A DNA stretch of 64,000 bases from contig OZ024745.1 of the NCBI GenBank assembly GCA_964016885.1, positions 22,010,001 to 22,074,000 of the forward strand. Reading direction: 5' to 3'. The stretch comes from Eledone cirrhosa. Lineage: Eukaryota. The position numbers were made by a program, and so were the translations under genes. The notes beneath the pieces were generated by a model. The model was not told the DNA's origin. It did not search any database and saw nothing but the letters and a program-made list of their open reading frames with translations. This document shows positions 42,196 to 62,846 of this stretch, piece after piece. Position 1 is the stretch's first letter; each line of letters begins with the position of its first letter.

Positions 42196-42968
42196 TCTAT
42201 ATACATAAATGGCAATTTCTGTCTGTTTGTTTGTGAACCTAAAACTCAAAAACTACCAAACCGATCTTGATGAAACTTAACACGTATGTGGGGCCCATGC
42301 CCATTTGATTTCTTACGTATATTTCACGTTAATCAAAGAGTTCCCCGGGGGTTTAAACCCCCGCTTAATTTTTTCCCTTCGATTTATATGAAATTTAAAC
42401 CATAGGTAAATGACAAGATATGATGCCTATTCACAAAATTTCAGCAAATTTCAATAATATTAAGACACGCTAATGGGGGTTAAACCGCCTATAGTGAAAA
42501 TTTTGGCCAATAAATGGAACAAGATTTTACGAACTCCTCCTATGGTTTTGGAGATAGATCCCCATAACAATATGCTACATTGCTCAGGGTACTTGGATAA
42601 GTATATTTCATTTTAATCAAAGGGTTCCCCGGGGGCACAAAACCCCCGCTGAAATTTTTTCTCTTCGATTTATATGAAATTTAAACCATAGGTAAATGAT
42701 ATTCACAAAATTTCAGCAAGGAAACCCCCTAATAGGGGTTCTATTTTTTTCCCTTATAGCAACATCCAACTTCTCTGACAAAAATGTTTTCGCCTGACCA
42801 ATGCAATCAACAATAGTTGTTTGTATTATTGTTTCGTAAATTAATTTGTCTTCGCTTTTGGTTATCTGTCCTATATTTTGATTTCATTTTTGATCTGAGA
42901 GGCATTGGGCATTTTAATGGGAACTGGGAATACCTCCTCTCCCGGGTATTACCGGCTACCTCAGCTAG
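42196..42968 (+). mobile_element. Non-autonomous Helitron-like element
   Basis: Starts A|TCTATATACATAAA and ends with the hairpin CCGG-GTATTA-CCGG then CTAG|T; internal ~120-bp direct repeat (42318-42447 / 42602-42718). Confidence 0.65.
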
Positions 42969-43847
42969 TGTAGTATATAACAGAAGAAACGGTCCTTGAC
43001 AAAGATGAAAAAGACCTTGGACCGTATAGTGTGATGGCAGGTGTTACAACGGGAGCGGGAGAAATGAAAATATACCGAGTGAGCTTGGTTCTTGGTTAAC
43101 ATTTAATCAGGGAGACACTGAAGTTGTGGTTAATGACTTTTCTTCATAAACAACAAGCCTGTTTCTTTTAGTTTCATCGCTTTTGCTATATTTACGTGTT
43201 TACTCGTAATATACTCTTGATATTTGTATTTTTAGTTACGATATTTTATGGTAAACTAAAATTTTAATCATGCATTAATACACGGGAAATATGACTGAAA
43301 AGGTTGTGACAGAACCGTCTGTAGGAATCATTCCAAGCATCTTTTCTTGAACGGTCAACTGCATAGAATTATATCATAGATTACAACTTCAAATTTTAGT
43401 TTGAGTAAATAGCCTACTAGATATACCATAATTGTTGACCCACCTGTCAGCGAAACGGGGATCAGTTACTAAAAGCCATCGCTGTTGAAAACAACCAATC
43501 TTACGCTAGGTACTCCCATGCTGTCTGAAACGATCTCAGGGTATATGTACCGTAATCTGATATTAACGGTTAAGATTCTTAATGTTCATAATGATAAGCT
43601 TAATCTTAAACGATGAATTTATACACGCAAAATATAAGAGCAAATGTGATGATAGAGCCATCTGTGGAAATCTAACTTCGCATCTGTTCTAAGGCCGACA
43701 ACTGCATAGAATATTACACTAAGATGACCTAAAAGATTTCCAACATTAAATTTAGCGTAGTCCCTAGAGTTTATCGCCTATTCCTTTGCGTACGTCATCC
43801 ATATGAATTTATGAGAGATCTGGCTAATAAATGGATAAATATATATA

Positions 43848-44155
<308 letters not shown>

Positions 44156-44250
44156 GTGTGTGTGTGAAAAGTAAACAGAAATAACCAAGGAAACGGCACA
44201 GTACAATGAAGAAATATATTTGTTCAACGCTTAAAATAATAGGAAAATAG

Positions 44251-44286
44251 TCTTAACGTTTCGGACATTAGTCTTTCATCAGTAGA
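44251..44286 (-). ncRNA. Diverged family-B hammerhead motif
   Basis: UCUA-CUGAUGA-A-AGAC(UAAU)GUCC-GAAAC-GUU-AAGA; intact core, with mismatches in stems I and II. Confidence 0.6.
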
Positions 44287-44387
44287 TAGATTGAGAAATA
44301 AAAGATGTCATAGAAAGATAATGAATGAGAAAAAGCATATAACGATATGTGCTTTTACGATTCTCCAGAAAGGCAGGGAGATAGGTA

Positions 44388-44432
44388 AATATTGCTGATG
44401 AGTTGTAACAACAACGAAACTAGTTCAATATT
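44388..44432 (+). ncRNA. Type-I hammerhead ribozyme, fully canonical core and stems
   Basis: AAUAUUG-CUGAUGA-GUUGU(AACA)ACAAC-GAAA-CUAG-UU-CAAUAUU; 7-bp stem I, 5-bp stem II, palindromic ACUAGU stem III. Confidence 0.9.
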
Positions 44433-44720
44433 CCTTGTCTGGCTTTCTGGAGAATAGAGGAAAGGTGTTTCCTCAAAAACCAGTATGACTCTAAAAACCG
44501 GTTTGTCTGTGTGTTTACATACAGAATAGCTGGACACTCACAGTAAAGTGACCAGTGAAAAAACTTGGTACATCTACATATGTATACGTGTGTGTATTCA
44601 TATGCATACTAGTATTTCAGTATACATATGTAGATGTACATTTTTTTAACTTAATTGAATGAGAAGAGGACAGAACGGAAAAAAAACTTTTGAGAGAAAA
44701 ACATCCGTCAGCATTATATA

Positions 44721-45303
<583 letters not shown>

Positions 45304-45464
45304 AAGGAGTTGATGGACCCAGCATATTTATCAATGCCAGGACCGGTTGTATCTCAGCGTACTCAATAGGTAATGTAGGATACATTCCCAGAGTATACAC
45401 ATAGTTATTCGCTTCAATACAACACACATAAAACGGGTGCCTATAATGTACACACACACACACA

Positions 45465-45504
<40 letters not shown>

Positions 45505-45508
<4 letters not shown>

Positions 45509-45700
45509 AAAAAGTATGACCCCGACGGCAGAGCTCAAGCCGTTTCGAGCGCTATTTCTGGTCCAGAAATAGCCGTCGAGACGGCTTGAGCACTGCCGTC
45601 GGGGTCATACTTTTTCCTATTTCCCACTCTACTACCTTAAGTATTGAGTACTCTGGTGCGTTATGGTCCATTTGTTTCCTTACCACAATTCCTTTGTTAT
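45505..45700 (+). mobile_element. Fold-back PLE-like remnant, family A
   Basis: Arms meet directly at TTTCTGG-T-CCAGAAA. Confidence 0.75.
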
Positions 45701-45732
45701 ATATATATATATATAATATACGTACATACATT

Positions 45733-45764
<32 letters not shown>

Positions 45765-45916
45765 CATAATATACGTTCATACATTCACACACACGCGCAC
45801 ACACACATACACACACACACAGACACACACAGACACACACACACATACACACACATACACGCACACACAGACACACACAGACACACACACACATATATAA
45901 ATATATATATCTATGA

Positions 45917-45947
<31 letters not shown>

Positions 45948-45999
45948 CATACATATATATATATATATATATGCATATATATATATATGTATATATATA

Positions 46000-46064
<65 letters not shown>

Positions 46065-46293
46065 GTATATATATATATACATATGCATATATATATACAT
46101 ATATATATGCATAGCTATATGTACACATGTGTATGTCTTAGATTGGCCTGATAAGGGAAGAGACAGATTGGTGAGATAGTGTCCTCAGGTAGGAAGAGAA
46201 AGAGAGAACGAAGAGGGATGTGTGAGGGGTGGTAGTTAGAGTAGCAGTAACAGTGGGCGGGTGTTAGAGGGAGTTTGTCTTAATGGATGTGAC

Positions 46294-49585
<3,292 letters not shown>

Positions 49586-50520
49586 TGATGATAATGCTTG
49601 GGGTGGGTGTGTGGTGGTAGACGTGGACATGGTGGTGGGTGGTTGTTGGTGGTGGTGGTGGGGGTCAAGTAGCTTCTATGTTGGTAGTGTTATTAGTTAT
49701 GTTTATAGTTGTTACTCTTGAACTAATAACTAAATTAGTAGCTTTAGTCTTGTATAGTATATACCGCCATGTCGAGCCCTGCTTAAAACAGAAACATTAT
49801 CTAATTTACCCATGGCACAGGGACCAGAAAGGGTTGCTCTACTTGCTCACACGACATCCTAAATATGGATGCCTAATCTCCATTAAATGACAGTTTATCG
49901 GCAAACAAAATATACTTTAGATAATGTGATCCTGGGTGACCTGCATGTAGGGCCGAATTTAATGTGGCTAAAGGGGGAAAAGATGGAAATATCCCCGGGA
50001 CCCCTGCAGGGAGGGGGGGGGCGCTCACTAGCGACGACCGTAGCAATTCATTTGTACCCTCAGCTGGGCTTCTTCGTTATAGGGTGGTTAGAATTTTTTC
50101 GAGGGAAGGAAAACTTTTCAATTCCAATTATTTGCGCCAAGATAACTTTGATATATAAAATTGGAGCGGGGCTGCATTCTAATATTTTGTGTATCAATAA
50201 GAATTTCGCCATAGAAATAAGTTTCGACATCTAGGAGGGAAAATAGTTTTTTAGAAAATCTTTTCAGCAACAATTTATTTGCGTAATGAAATTAAGAATT
50301 GATAATATAATTTAAAATACTAAAGTTTCTAGAACTTCTAAGCTGCCATTTTAAATGATAATACCATTATTTCCTGTTGAGAAAAAAAAAAAAAATTGTA
50401 ATTATCTCCCATGTGTGATATGTATGTTGTTGAGTATTCTAAAGACACACGTGTCATGAACGTAATTCTGAGACCAAATCAGAGTGACAATATAACAAGG
50501 TTGGACCTTTGACTCACGTG

Positions 50521-50562
<42 letters not shown>

Positions 50563-50897
50563 GCTGCGTGTGTGTATGTACAATCCAGATGAAACACACA
50601 CACACACGCAGTCACACACACACGCGCCACAAACACATACAACACCTCGCACACACATATTTATATATTCATAGTAAATGTAGGAATCTCAGACGCAGAA
50701 AATAACCGTAAAAACAGTCGATTCCTACAAATAATAGCTTAGAAAATAAGGTAAATTTTATAGCAGTCAACTGTGTTTACAGTTATTGTCTGTGTCTGAG
50801 ATACCTACATTTTATGGGAATTTCCTAACTTCGATAATTCAATACTTGCATACAATGTTGTTGACACACACACACGCAGACACACATACACACAGAC

Positions 50898-50994
<97 letters not shown>

Positions 50995-52523
50995 GCTCAA
51001 TCAACAACTCCACTTTCATACATTCCCTCACAAATTCGAACTAATCACCACGAAATATTCTTATCTGTTAACACCACATTTTGACGAAACTCTATATTAA
51101 ACCTTATACTATTTTGTTACATGGTATCATCGTATACCATGAAATGAATAAAAATATCAAAATAAGTTGTTTGCTTTCCTTGGTCTGCTTCAATCCATTT
51201 TTGGTCCTGCTCGTTTTTCAACCACACAATACATCAAACAATCTCAACAATCGACAAGACGACAACAACTTCAATCATATCAACAGTTACCTAGAATCAA
51301 CACCACAGTCAACAACATCTCTGCTAGATTGGTAACTATCCGACGTTTCAAACACTCAGGCTTCTGATACCAAATAACACGAAAAACCTCTGAATACAAC
51401 CTTATTTCAAGAAAATAACATGACAAATTTCATTTCTGAACACAACCTTCCTTTTTTTGACGCTGGTGACAAACATTTCAATCAACACCATGTTATATGG
51501 ATAACATAAATTCTTAACGTCTCTCCAACAAACAAGACTAGATTTCCTATATAGTTAGTTTTTTTTAATACAGTAAACGCCAACATTTCCTAGACAAATA
51601 ACACTTCGTTCCTTTAAAACAAATACAAGAAAACATTTTTTTTTAATGCACAACAACTTTATTCCTTCTATAACACCACCAAAACAACAACATTCAAACA
51701 ACTAGTACCAACTCCTCGATACATGTTCAATACCACGGATAATGAACATAATTTTGACTATGAACTATTGACTACATGGTCAATTAATCATTATCTTTAA
51801 TGTTTTCTCATTTGCATGTTCATTCGATAATTTTACACTGTTTACACAGATTTTTGTAAATTGTTTCTTCTTTGTTTTTTGTGTGACTTTTTGTACTTCT
51901 CATAATCCTGTTTGCTACTTTTGATTTTGTTTTCTCACTGTTCTATTATTGCACATTTATTGAATTCATTGTTTAAATGTTTGCACGAACACACACAAAC
52001 ACAGCTTTCATTTCAACATTTTACACACATTTCCATACAAACACAGGACCATAGCTATCATATGTAATTGATTTATCGGGGATTTCGTGAGATATTCTTC
52101 TCTCTTCTCTCAAACTTCAATTAGCTGCGAAGTACGGAATAGCTGTCGGCTCACACAACCATCCAGATCCACACGGACTCACAATACTACACACTGTAGA
52201 TACCCTTACTAAAACAGTTAAACACAATATAGATAGATAGCTATAGAGAGGGAGTGGTGCAGGAAGAGATATTCATAGAAAAAGCTCGAAATTCAGACGC
52301 AGAAATAACTGTAAATACAATTGGTATAAGAACTTCGAAATTCAGGTAAAATGTCCCTAAGAGTAGAAAAAAGTAGTCAGTAGCCGCAACGAAGAATCAA
52401 GCTTTGTATCTTTCTGATACCGGAAGATTGCTCTATATATTATAAAGAAGAGAAAATATATATCTCTAATAAAGATTATTATAAAGAAGAGAGACGGTTT
52501 TAAGTATACATCATCTGTTTATA

Positions 52524-53172
52524 ATATAATTGTTTCTACTTTTGGCACAAGGGCAGCAATTATCCCAGTGCATTACTGGCGCTTTATTTTATTGACCCAG
52601 TAAGGATGAAAGGCAAAGTTAATCTCGGCGGCATTTGAACTCAGACCAGAAAGAGCCGTAACTCTTTGCTGCGAAACATGGCGTCCGACCCTCTACCGAT
52701 ACTGCCAAAAACAGAGTATGTATACTTAAAACAATCTCTTTCATTTATAATAGTGTTTCTACTTCTGGCACAAGGCCAGCAATTATCTTAGTGAATTACT
52801 GGTACTTTATTTTATCGACTCCGTAAGGATGAAAGGCAAAGTTAACCTCGGTAATATTGACACTCCGTCTGATATCTTACGTTAAGGTACGCAAGTCGTG
52901 GAGTGCTTTACGTCTGTTTACATTACAGCCGCTTAATTGGTTAATTAATTGATCAACTAACGTTTCTTCACTTCAATAATATAATTGCTTCTACTTTTGG
53001 CACAAGGCCAGCAATTACCCAGTACATTACTGGTACTTTATTTTATCGACCCCGTAAGGATGAAAGGCAAAGATAACCTCGACGAGATTTGAACTCAGAA
53101 CGAAAAGGACCGTAACTCTATGCTGGAAAGTATGGTGTCCGACCCTCTACTGATACTGCCAATCCACCGCCC
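52524..53172 (-). mobile_element. Three copies of SINE family 1
   Basis: 52524-52707, 52755-52851 (partial) and 52980-53172. Confidence 0.85.
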
Positions 53173-53726
53173 TATAATATTATATATATATATATATATA
53201 TTAATTTATTAAAATAGCAGATTAAATATTTGCTCTAGGGTTCTTATATATTGTATATATATTTATCCTTATCGAGCCCTCTTTGGATTTTAGTCCTCAC
53301 ATTTATTATTATTACTATATATATTCAAAATAACGAACAGCGGAGGACACGTTTCGCACCTTTCCGACAGACAACCTTTCCACCCCCCGGAAAAAACCCC
53401 AGTTGATGGATGTGAATCCGAAATATATAGGGAGAATTAAATCTCTCCCAAGGTACCTCTTTCTCGTGTTGTTATTTTTATTTTTATCCTTTATGCTCTT
53501 TCCTTCATTCCTCTACACGTTACAGTCTTATACACGCCATGCATCTCAACGTACACCCATTGACATCTCTCTCTCCACCACCGGATCTTGTTACCCGGAG
53601 ATTTACCCATCTGCATTGTAGAGGCTTCCAAACGAACGACTTAAAGAAATTTACCTTATTATTCCACAATGCTTCAAGCAAACTTCAATACTCTCTTATA
53701 TACAGATAGATAGATAGATAGAGCTT

Positions 53727-53809
53727 CTGATGAGCTATCGATTCCAGAATCAGGTGAGATCACAACCTATCGTATCTTGAGCTGATCGACCACAAAGGAA
53801 ACGCGCGTC
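53727..53809 (+). ncRNA. Decayed long-loop-II hammerhead motif
   Basis: CUGAUGA-GC..CCAGAAUCAGG..GAAA-CGCGCG-UC; core intact, but stem I and the base of stem II no longer pair. Confidence 0.55.
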
Positions 53810-53857
53810 ACGTGTGAATAAACATAATGATGTTATATTGATATTTCCTCCCTGCTT

Positions 53858-54031
53858 CAGAGTTACGGCCCTTTACGATCTGAAATAAACCCCGCCGATG
53901 TTAACTTTGCTTTTCATCCTTATGGGGTTAATAAAATAAAGCATCAGTAACGCACTGGGGTCAATTTAATCAACTTGCCTCTTATCCACGAAAATTTCTG
54001 GCATTGTGCCTAAATCAGAAACCATTATTAT
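53858..54031 (+). mobile_element. SINE family 1, 5'-truncated and diverged
   Basis: Central domain and long tail recognisable. Confidence 0.75.
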
Positions 54032-54331
54032 TTACCACATACTTGTGGACAATGACAACAGTGAAATACAATACATAGAATCCCACATTGGCAGCCGGGC
54101 CCAAATATTAGCATTGACTTCTCAAACTGGTGAACCATCAATAACTAGACGTTGCACACCAATACTCTCTCATGGTTCGGGACATCCATGTGCAACCAAC
54201 CGTATTTACGAATACCGTATAGTACGCTATCTCGCTACTGCTTTAGATGTTGAAACCTTGTCTCAGTCAGTGAGTAATGAGAGCAACCGAGGATATAGTG
54301 AATACATTTTCTTATAACCCCGTTTAACTAT

Positions 54332-54702
<371 letters not shown>

Positions 54703-54866
54703 AAATGTTTAATATAGAAATGTTTCATTTAAACGAAATCAAGCTTTCATGGTGATTTCTTTTAATTGAAACAGTTCTACATTAAAAATGGTGTTTACAC
54801 TCTACTGTTGTATTGTGTACAATACTAATTGTGCTTACCCCCGATTGAACCCGGGACACTCCTTCA

Positions 54867-55041
<175 letters not shown>

Positions 55042-55187
55042 TTAGAGCAAACATCACGAGCGCTCTATCTCAAAATTATTTTTGAAAAGCATTAGAAACC
55101 GGTAAAAACTTAAAACTAAAACTGAATACTAACCAATACTTATTACTAATTTATACTTATTCTAATTTATACTAATTTATATTTATT

Positions 55188-55380
55188 AAGGGCGGTGAAT
55201 TGGCAGTATCGGTAGAGGGTCGGACGCCATGCTTTGACGTATAGAGTTACGGCCCTTGCCATTCTGAGTTCAAATCCCGCCGAGGTTAACTTTGCCTTTC
55301 ATCCTTATGGGGTCGATAAAATAAAGTACCAGTAATCTACTGAGTAATTGCTGGCCTTGTGCCAAAAGTAGAAACAATTA
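55188..55380 (+). mobile_element. Full-length SINE family 1
   Basis: A/B boxes, central domain and tail; flanked by a repeated TTACTAATTTATACTTATTC. Confidence 0.9.
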
Positions 55381-55452
55381 CTAATTTATACTTATTCCTA
55401 ATTAAAATATTTTCACTGGCAAAAATTTGTCACCATTTTCTTTTCCTTGTTA

Positions 55453-55508
<56 letters not shown>

Positions 55509-55679
55509 TAGAGAAAGAGCGAGAGCTTCCTGATGATTTCTCACGAATGGAACAGTTCTAGTCTTGTAGAAGCTTTTCTATATTAATTATTTATACTCTG
55601 CTTTGTATTGAGTTCCTTACTTACTGTGGTTACCCCGATTGAACTCGGGATCAACTTATACATAGATAGAGAGAGAGAT

Positions 55680-55718
<39 letters not shown>

Positions 55719-55788
55719 TGTGTGTGTGCGCGTGTGTACGTGTGCGTGTGTGTGCGCGCGCGCGCGTGTGTGTGTGTATGTGTGCGTG

Positions 55789-55864
<76 letters not shown>

Positions 55865-56251
55865 TACACTATCCTTTTGCAACTTCTTTCCATTCTTCCA
55901 ATCATATCTCCTACTTTTCTTATTTCCTCTTTCACAGCTTCCAGTAGACCTTTCCGTATATCTTCCAATCTCTCTCTCTTTCTTTCTCTCCCCCCTCTTT
56001 CTGTCTCCCTCTCTCTCTCTCAGTCCCTCTCCCTCCCTCTATTCTCTCCATTTCCCCAGTCTTATTCCTGACTTACTTTAGTTCTTATTCACCCAAACAA
56101 CTTCACTTCTTTCTTTGCTTTTTATCTTATTCTGACATTTAAGCTATCCGACACTCGAACTAACATTCACAACCCCGCTTCAACTCCGCCACCAGGGCTC
56201 CCCTACTATCTTATTTGCCATACCTATATTTATATATACTTCATTTATATA

Positions 56252-56290
<39 letters not shown>

Positions 56291-56297
56291 ATATTTC

Positions 56298-56365
<68 letters not shown>

Positions 56366-56466
56366 AAATGCGTGAATATGTACGGGGAATAATACATAAT
56401 ATAAATATATATATATATATATATATATTATACCAGATATATACATATATATATATATACATATAT

Positions 56467-56520
<54 letters not shown>

Positions 56521-56554
56521 CCAGATATATACATATATATATATATACATATAT

Positions 56555-56592
<38 letters not shown>

Positions 56593-57173
56593 CCACCACA
56601 CACACTCCACACCCCACTACATATCATTCGCTCAACTTACCCTACATATTATACATCCCATATCCTTTCTAGCGGCTAGAGGTAGTGGTAAGTCACACAT
56701 GACTGATCAGATAAGCATCACCGCTAACCAACCCTACAAATATTCTTTTTGTTTGTCAGGTTTTCCTTTTATGTCACATCTTCTTCTTTTCCCCCATTAC
56801 TTTATTTTATCTTTTGTTTTATCTTCTGTTTTATCTTTTGTTTTATCTTTCGTTTTCTTCACATTTCTTAAATATATTTTTTGTTTTCTCATCTTCACTC
56901 TTTTTCCGTAGTAATATGTAGCACTTTTCAAACACACTCACGTACATACACACACACACATACATACACACACATACGCACACACACACGCACACATCAC
57001 ATACACACACACACACGAACACACACAGACACACACAAACACACACATATATATATATATACATGCGTATGTATGTATATATATATAAATTCATACATGC
57101 ACACACATACACACACACTCACACACAAATATATATGCATATGTATGTATATACATACATACAGTCTCACACA

Positions 57174-57216
<43 letters not shown>

Positions 57217-57227
57217 GCGTATGCATG

Positions 57228-57257
<30 letters not shown>

Positions 57258-57258
<1 letters not shown>

Positions 57259-57706
57259 GGTGGCTGCCAACTCGTTTTCGAGTACGGCCACTGCCTTATA
57301 TCCATGTAGGAGAACCCCTACCGATGCGCTGAACGAATGTGACTTTTTAGTCCAGCCAGCGACTTGAAAACTCTGGTACAAAGACTACACTTGTGACCAT
57401 TATTGACACATAGTGCATCATATTGACCATGTGATAACAAGTGCAGAGAGATCTCCAGATATAAAGCAATGCCTGTGCTGTGAAGCTTTTATAGTGAGCA
57501 AAGGCACTGCACAAAGCCAGTCCCACTCTCTTAACCAAGATGATATTTACCAAAAAGAAGAACAAGTCAACATCATTGGATACCATCAGGGTTGCAGGTG
57601 TTATATCAGAGTTTTCCTTCTCCTAGAATTCTGCCTTGACAAAGGCTAAGGGGTCATCTCTCCCGGTGATTTTGGATGGCTATTGAGTCTTAAGAGCTCC
57701 CTTGCC
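57258..57706 (-). mobile_element. Short non-autonomous RTE-derived element, second copy
   Basis: Colinear with 37635-38085. Confidence 0.72.
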
Positions 57707-57852
57707 CTTTTTTTTTTTTTTTTTGCGTGTGTGTGTATGTATATATATATATATATATATATACATACACACACACGCATATATATATATATAAATATAC
57801 ATACACACACGCATATATACATATGTATATATATATATATATATATATACAA

Positions 57853-57920
<68 letters not shown>

Positions 57921-57924
57921 TATA

Positions 57925-57966
<42 letters not shown>

Positions 57967-58032
57967 TATATAATACATATATATATATATATATATATTA
58001 TATATACATATATATATATATATAATATATAT

Positions 58033-58074
<42 letters not shown>

Positions 58075-58095
58075 TATAACATATATATTTATATT

Positions 58096-58127
<32 letters not shown>

Positions 58128-58141
58128 CGTGTGTGTATGTA

Positions 58142-58189
<48 letters not shown>

Positions 58190-58195
58190 ATATAT

Positions 58196-58334
<139 letters not shown>

Positions 58335-58371
58335 CGTACTGCCTCTCTGTTCTGTCCCTGTTCAATTTTTC

Positions 58372-58447
<76 letters not shown>

Positions 58448-58532
58448 TTTTGCGCATAAGAGCGGAAAAGGAGGATCCGGTTTCGTTAGCGATCCGTAAC
58501 ATAACCGGAGGGAAGCTATATACCTATATATT

Positions 58533-58595
<63 letters not shown>

Positions 58596-58770
58596 GTCTC
58601 CATCTCACTCACGCACACACAATCTCTCTCTCTCTCACTCTCTCTCCCTCTCTCTCTCTGACTGTCTTTCTGTCTCTTTTTCTATGTCTCTGTCTTTCTC
58701 TGCTGTTCTCTCTCACTCTCTCCTTGATCATACACACAAGCACACGCATCAACACACACGCACACACACA

Positions 58771-58927
<157 letters not shown>

Positions 58928-59457
58928 TTACACACATACATACACATTTTTTCCTCTGCAATGTTCATACGCATATATGTATGAAGTATGTATATATGTG
59001 TATGTGAATGTGTGTGTAGAATAGATGTACCAATCTCTGGAAAGGAGTACCCAATACACATATTGTTGTGAATGATTTCGTTGTAATCTAGACATCCTTA
59101 ATGCCTCTAGTCTGACATTCGCATTCTATAGAACGTGCGTGACCATTTTGAACGGAGTCTGCGAGTTATCTCCCATGCTTGAACTCTTAAATATTTTTTC
59201 GGAATCTTGTTAAGCACGTTATTAAGCGAAGTCAGTTTGACCAAAGCTACACATGCGTTTGTATTTGTATTCACACATGATATTGTTTTATACAACCATG
59301 TCTGACAAAGAGTAGTGTATGATGGGAGTGTCATTGCGTTCGCTATCATTGCACGTAGTTTTTGCTTCAGTCTCACTGCGTTTTCTACTATAACCTTGCT
59401 ATCAATTCAGACCAGGCCTGGGCTAATACTCGTCAAAACCCATCAAAGTTATCAAAG

Positions 59458-59539
<82 letters not shown>

Positions 59540-59678
59540 ATAATAATAAATTTGAAGACTAAAATCCAAAGAGGGCTCGATAAGTATAAATATATATCAA
59601 ATATATAAGAACCGTAGAGCAAATATTTATTAAAATAAAAGCACCGATTCTTTGCTTAAACTTTAATCTGTTATTTTA

Positions 59679-59898
<220 letters not shown>

Positions 59899-61659
59899 AT
59901 ATTTTATTTATTTATTTATTTATTCATTTATATATAATGATACAGATAAAAAGTTTAAGCAAAATAATTTCTGCCTTCAATGATTATCAGATGATCCCGC
60001 TTAGTGTGAGTTACGGAAGAGTTAGTAAGAGAAGGTAAAAACACACATCCAGCATGTTGTCTTCTGTGGACTTTCTTTAATGATGCAGTTCATTATTATA
60101 ACGAAATATTGGCTGTTCGTGATTTCATGAAAATATATTACGTACAGAATAAAATTTACATTGATAAATGCTTAAAATAAGAAGTGAAATATTCGATGGT
60201 GCAATCCTTCTTATAGTTTGAATACTCGTTTTACTATTGTTAGAATCTTTTAAAACATGTGAATAAGCATTTTCCGCATCCGATAAATGTTACAAGATAT
60301 TAAATATAAATAACGTTAAGGTGAGTGACAATTGCCCCTAAAATCTTTATTACTTTCATCAGAGCCAATATAAACAAAATTAAACATTTTAGTCACAAAG
60401 TTCAAAACTTCCTCCCTGTGTAAACGCTATCTGTTCTCTCGACCGTATATTAGATTGGCGGCCAAGTAAGTTTTCTCTTTTAGAAGGCAGGGAAACAAAA
60501 CGGTGGTAATCCTAAAAAAACATAATGCTTTTTGGAATGTGTGTGTATATTAAACACTTAGAAAAATGACATAATACCTCAGTGGAAAAATATATCAAAC
60601 ATATAGGATAGCGACGAATACCCTCAAACGTTCATTTGTAAGGCGACTGAGTGTGTAGCTTGGAGATGATAGACTTACTCCAGATAGAGCCGTTACTTCT
60701 CCGAATTGGTTAGAATGTCTCAGGAAAGGATCGCTGGAAAGAATTGTGGACAAACCAATCGGCAGGAGACCCAGAGGTGTGTGTATATATATATATATAT
60801 ATCTGTGTGTGTGCGTGTATGTATCACATGCATAATGTGTATTAGTACCACTTTCTCTGACTTTCTACGTATCAGTAAGCATGAACATGCATACTTATGT
60901 AAGTATGTAAATACGTACGCAAATATATGTATGTATGTTTATATGTAAGTATGTACGAACACACACACACACGCACACACACACACACACGCACACACAC
61001 ACCCACACACACACCCACACACACACACATACACACACACACACATGCACATATATATATATATATATATGGAATGGGTTTTCGTTTATAATGGTGCAGT
61101 AATATTTTCTCGATTTAAAAAAAATATATAATCTGAACAAATGAAACAAAAATAAATAAATGAGTAAATAGAATAAAATAAATAAAAGATAAATAAACAA
61201 AGAAAGAAAAAAGAAGAATAAATGAAATGAAATAAAATGAAATAAAATAGTGATAAAAGCGAACCACTCCTCCCCTCTAAATAGTGAGGAAATATGAAAA
61301 AATATATATTGAAGTCATAAGAAAAATAGAATGAAAACATGGAGGATTGAAACACGAAGAAGAAAGAACGAAGGAAAAAAAGACAAAATATGTGAAAACG
61401 AATAAATGGAAGAAAGAAAAATAGGAGAATAAGAAATAAAATGTGAAAAAGAATGTAGGAAGGAATAAAAAAAAAAGAGAAAATAGTTGAAAGAATAAGG
61501 TAGAGAAAAAGGGAATAACAGTTGAGGAATACTAAAATAGAAACAACATAAACATATATATATATGTCTGTGTGTGTGTCTGCGTATGTGTTCATGTATA
61601 TGTATATATGTATATATGTATATAAATATATATATATATACATATATGTATATATACAT

Positions 61660-61727
<68 letters not shown>

Positions 61728-61779
61728 TTATATATATATACATATATATACATATATATATACATTCATATACATATAT

Positions 61780-61818
<39 letters not shown>

Positions 61819-62203
61819 TATACATATATATATATACATATGTATACATATATATATACATATACATATATACACACATATATATATATACATATATATA
61901 TACATATGTATATATACATATGTATACATATATATATATATATACATATATATACATATGTATATATACATATGTATACATATATATATATATATACATA
62001 TATATACATATGTATATATACATATGTATACATATATATACATATATATACATATATATACATATATATACATATATATATACATATATATACATATACA
62101 TGTATATACATATGTATATATATACATATGTATATATATATATATATATACATTTGTACATATACATATATATATATATGTATACATAGATATGTGATTA
62201 TAT

Positions 62204-62349
<146 letters not shown>

Positions 62350-62615
62350 AAAGAAGAAAGAAGGTAAAACATATGGCAGACAAAGAAGGCATGGTTGTCG
62401 ATCAAGAACGGCTGGAAATTTCACAATAATTTCCAACCATCATACACATCTTTTCTCTATTTTTCCCTTACAATTTATTTGCCGTCTTTACTTAAGAAAT
62501 TCTACGTCTTTTTAGAATATATATTTCTCCATTTCGTTTGTTCTCTTTCCATTTCTTCATATATTCATCTTTTCTTTCCAAGGTAGAAAGAGGAAAATAT
62601 TTTTCTTAAAAACAC

Positions 62616-62694
<79 letters not shown>

Positions 62695-62697
62695 GCA

Positions 62698-62746
<49 letters not shown>

Positions 62747-62846
62747 AGTGGTGGAACACTGGAAGGTAATATCCGTAGTGGTTGTTCACCATACCGGGCC
62801 TGTTCCTATAACCATACACAGCCCTCTTCCTATAACCATACACAGC

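Noticed and set aside
49760-50400. GC-richer unique segment with a 115-aa ORF
   Set aside because: No domain or terminal structure recognised; cannot be assigned without a search.
58468-58515. Hairpin with GUUA..UAAC-GAAA-CCGG on the minus strand
   Set aside because: Both the CUGANGA box and the UH site need multiple changes.
59107-59376. 89-aa non-repetitive ORF (possible exon or helicase remnant)
   Set aside because: No recognisable motif, non-ATG start and no splice evidence.
60320-60366. CUGAUGA..CAAUUG-UC on the minus strand
   Set aside because: GAAA is replaced by GGGG and stem I does not pair; possibly a very old relic, but not supportable.
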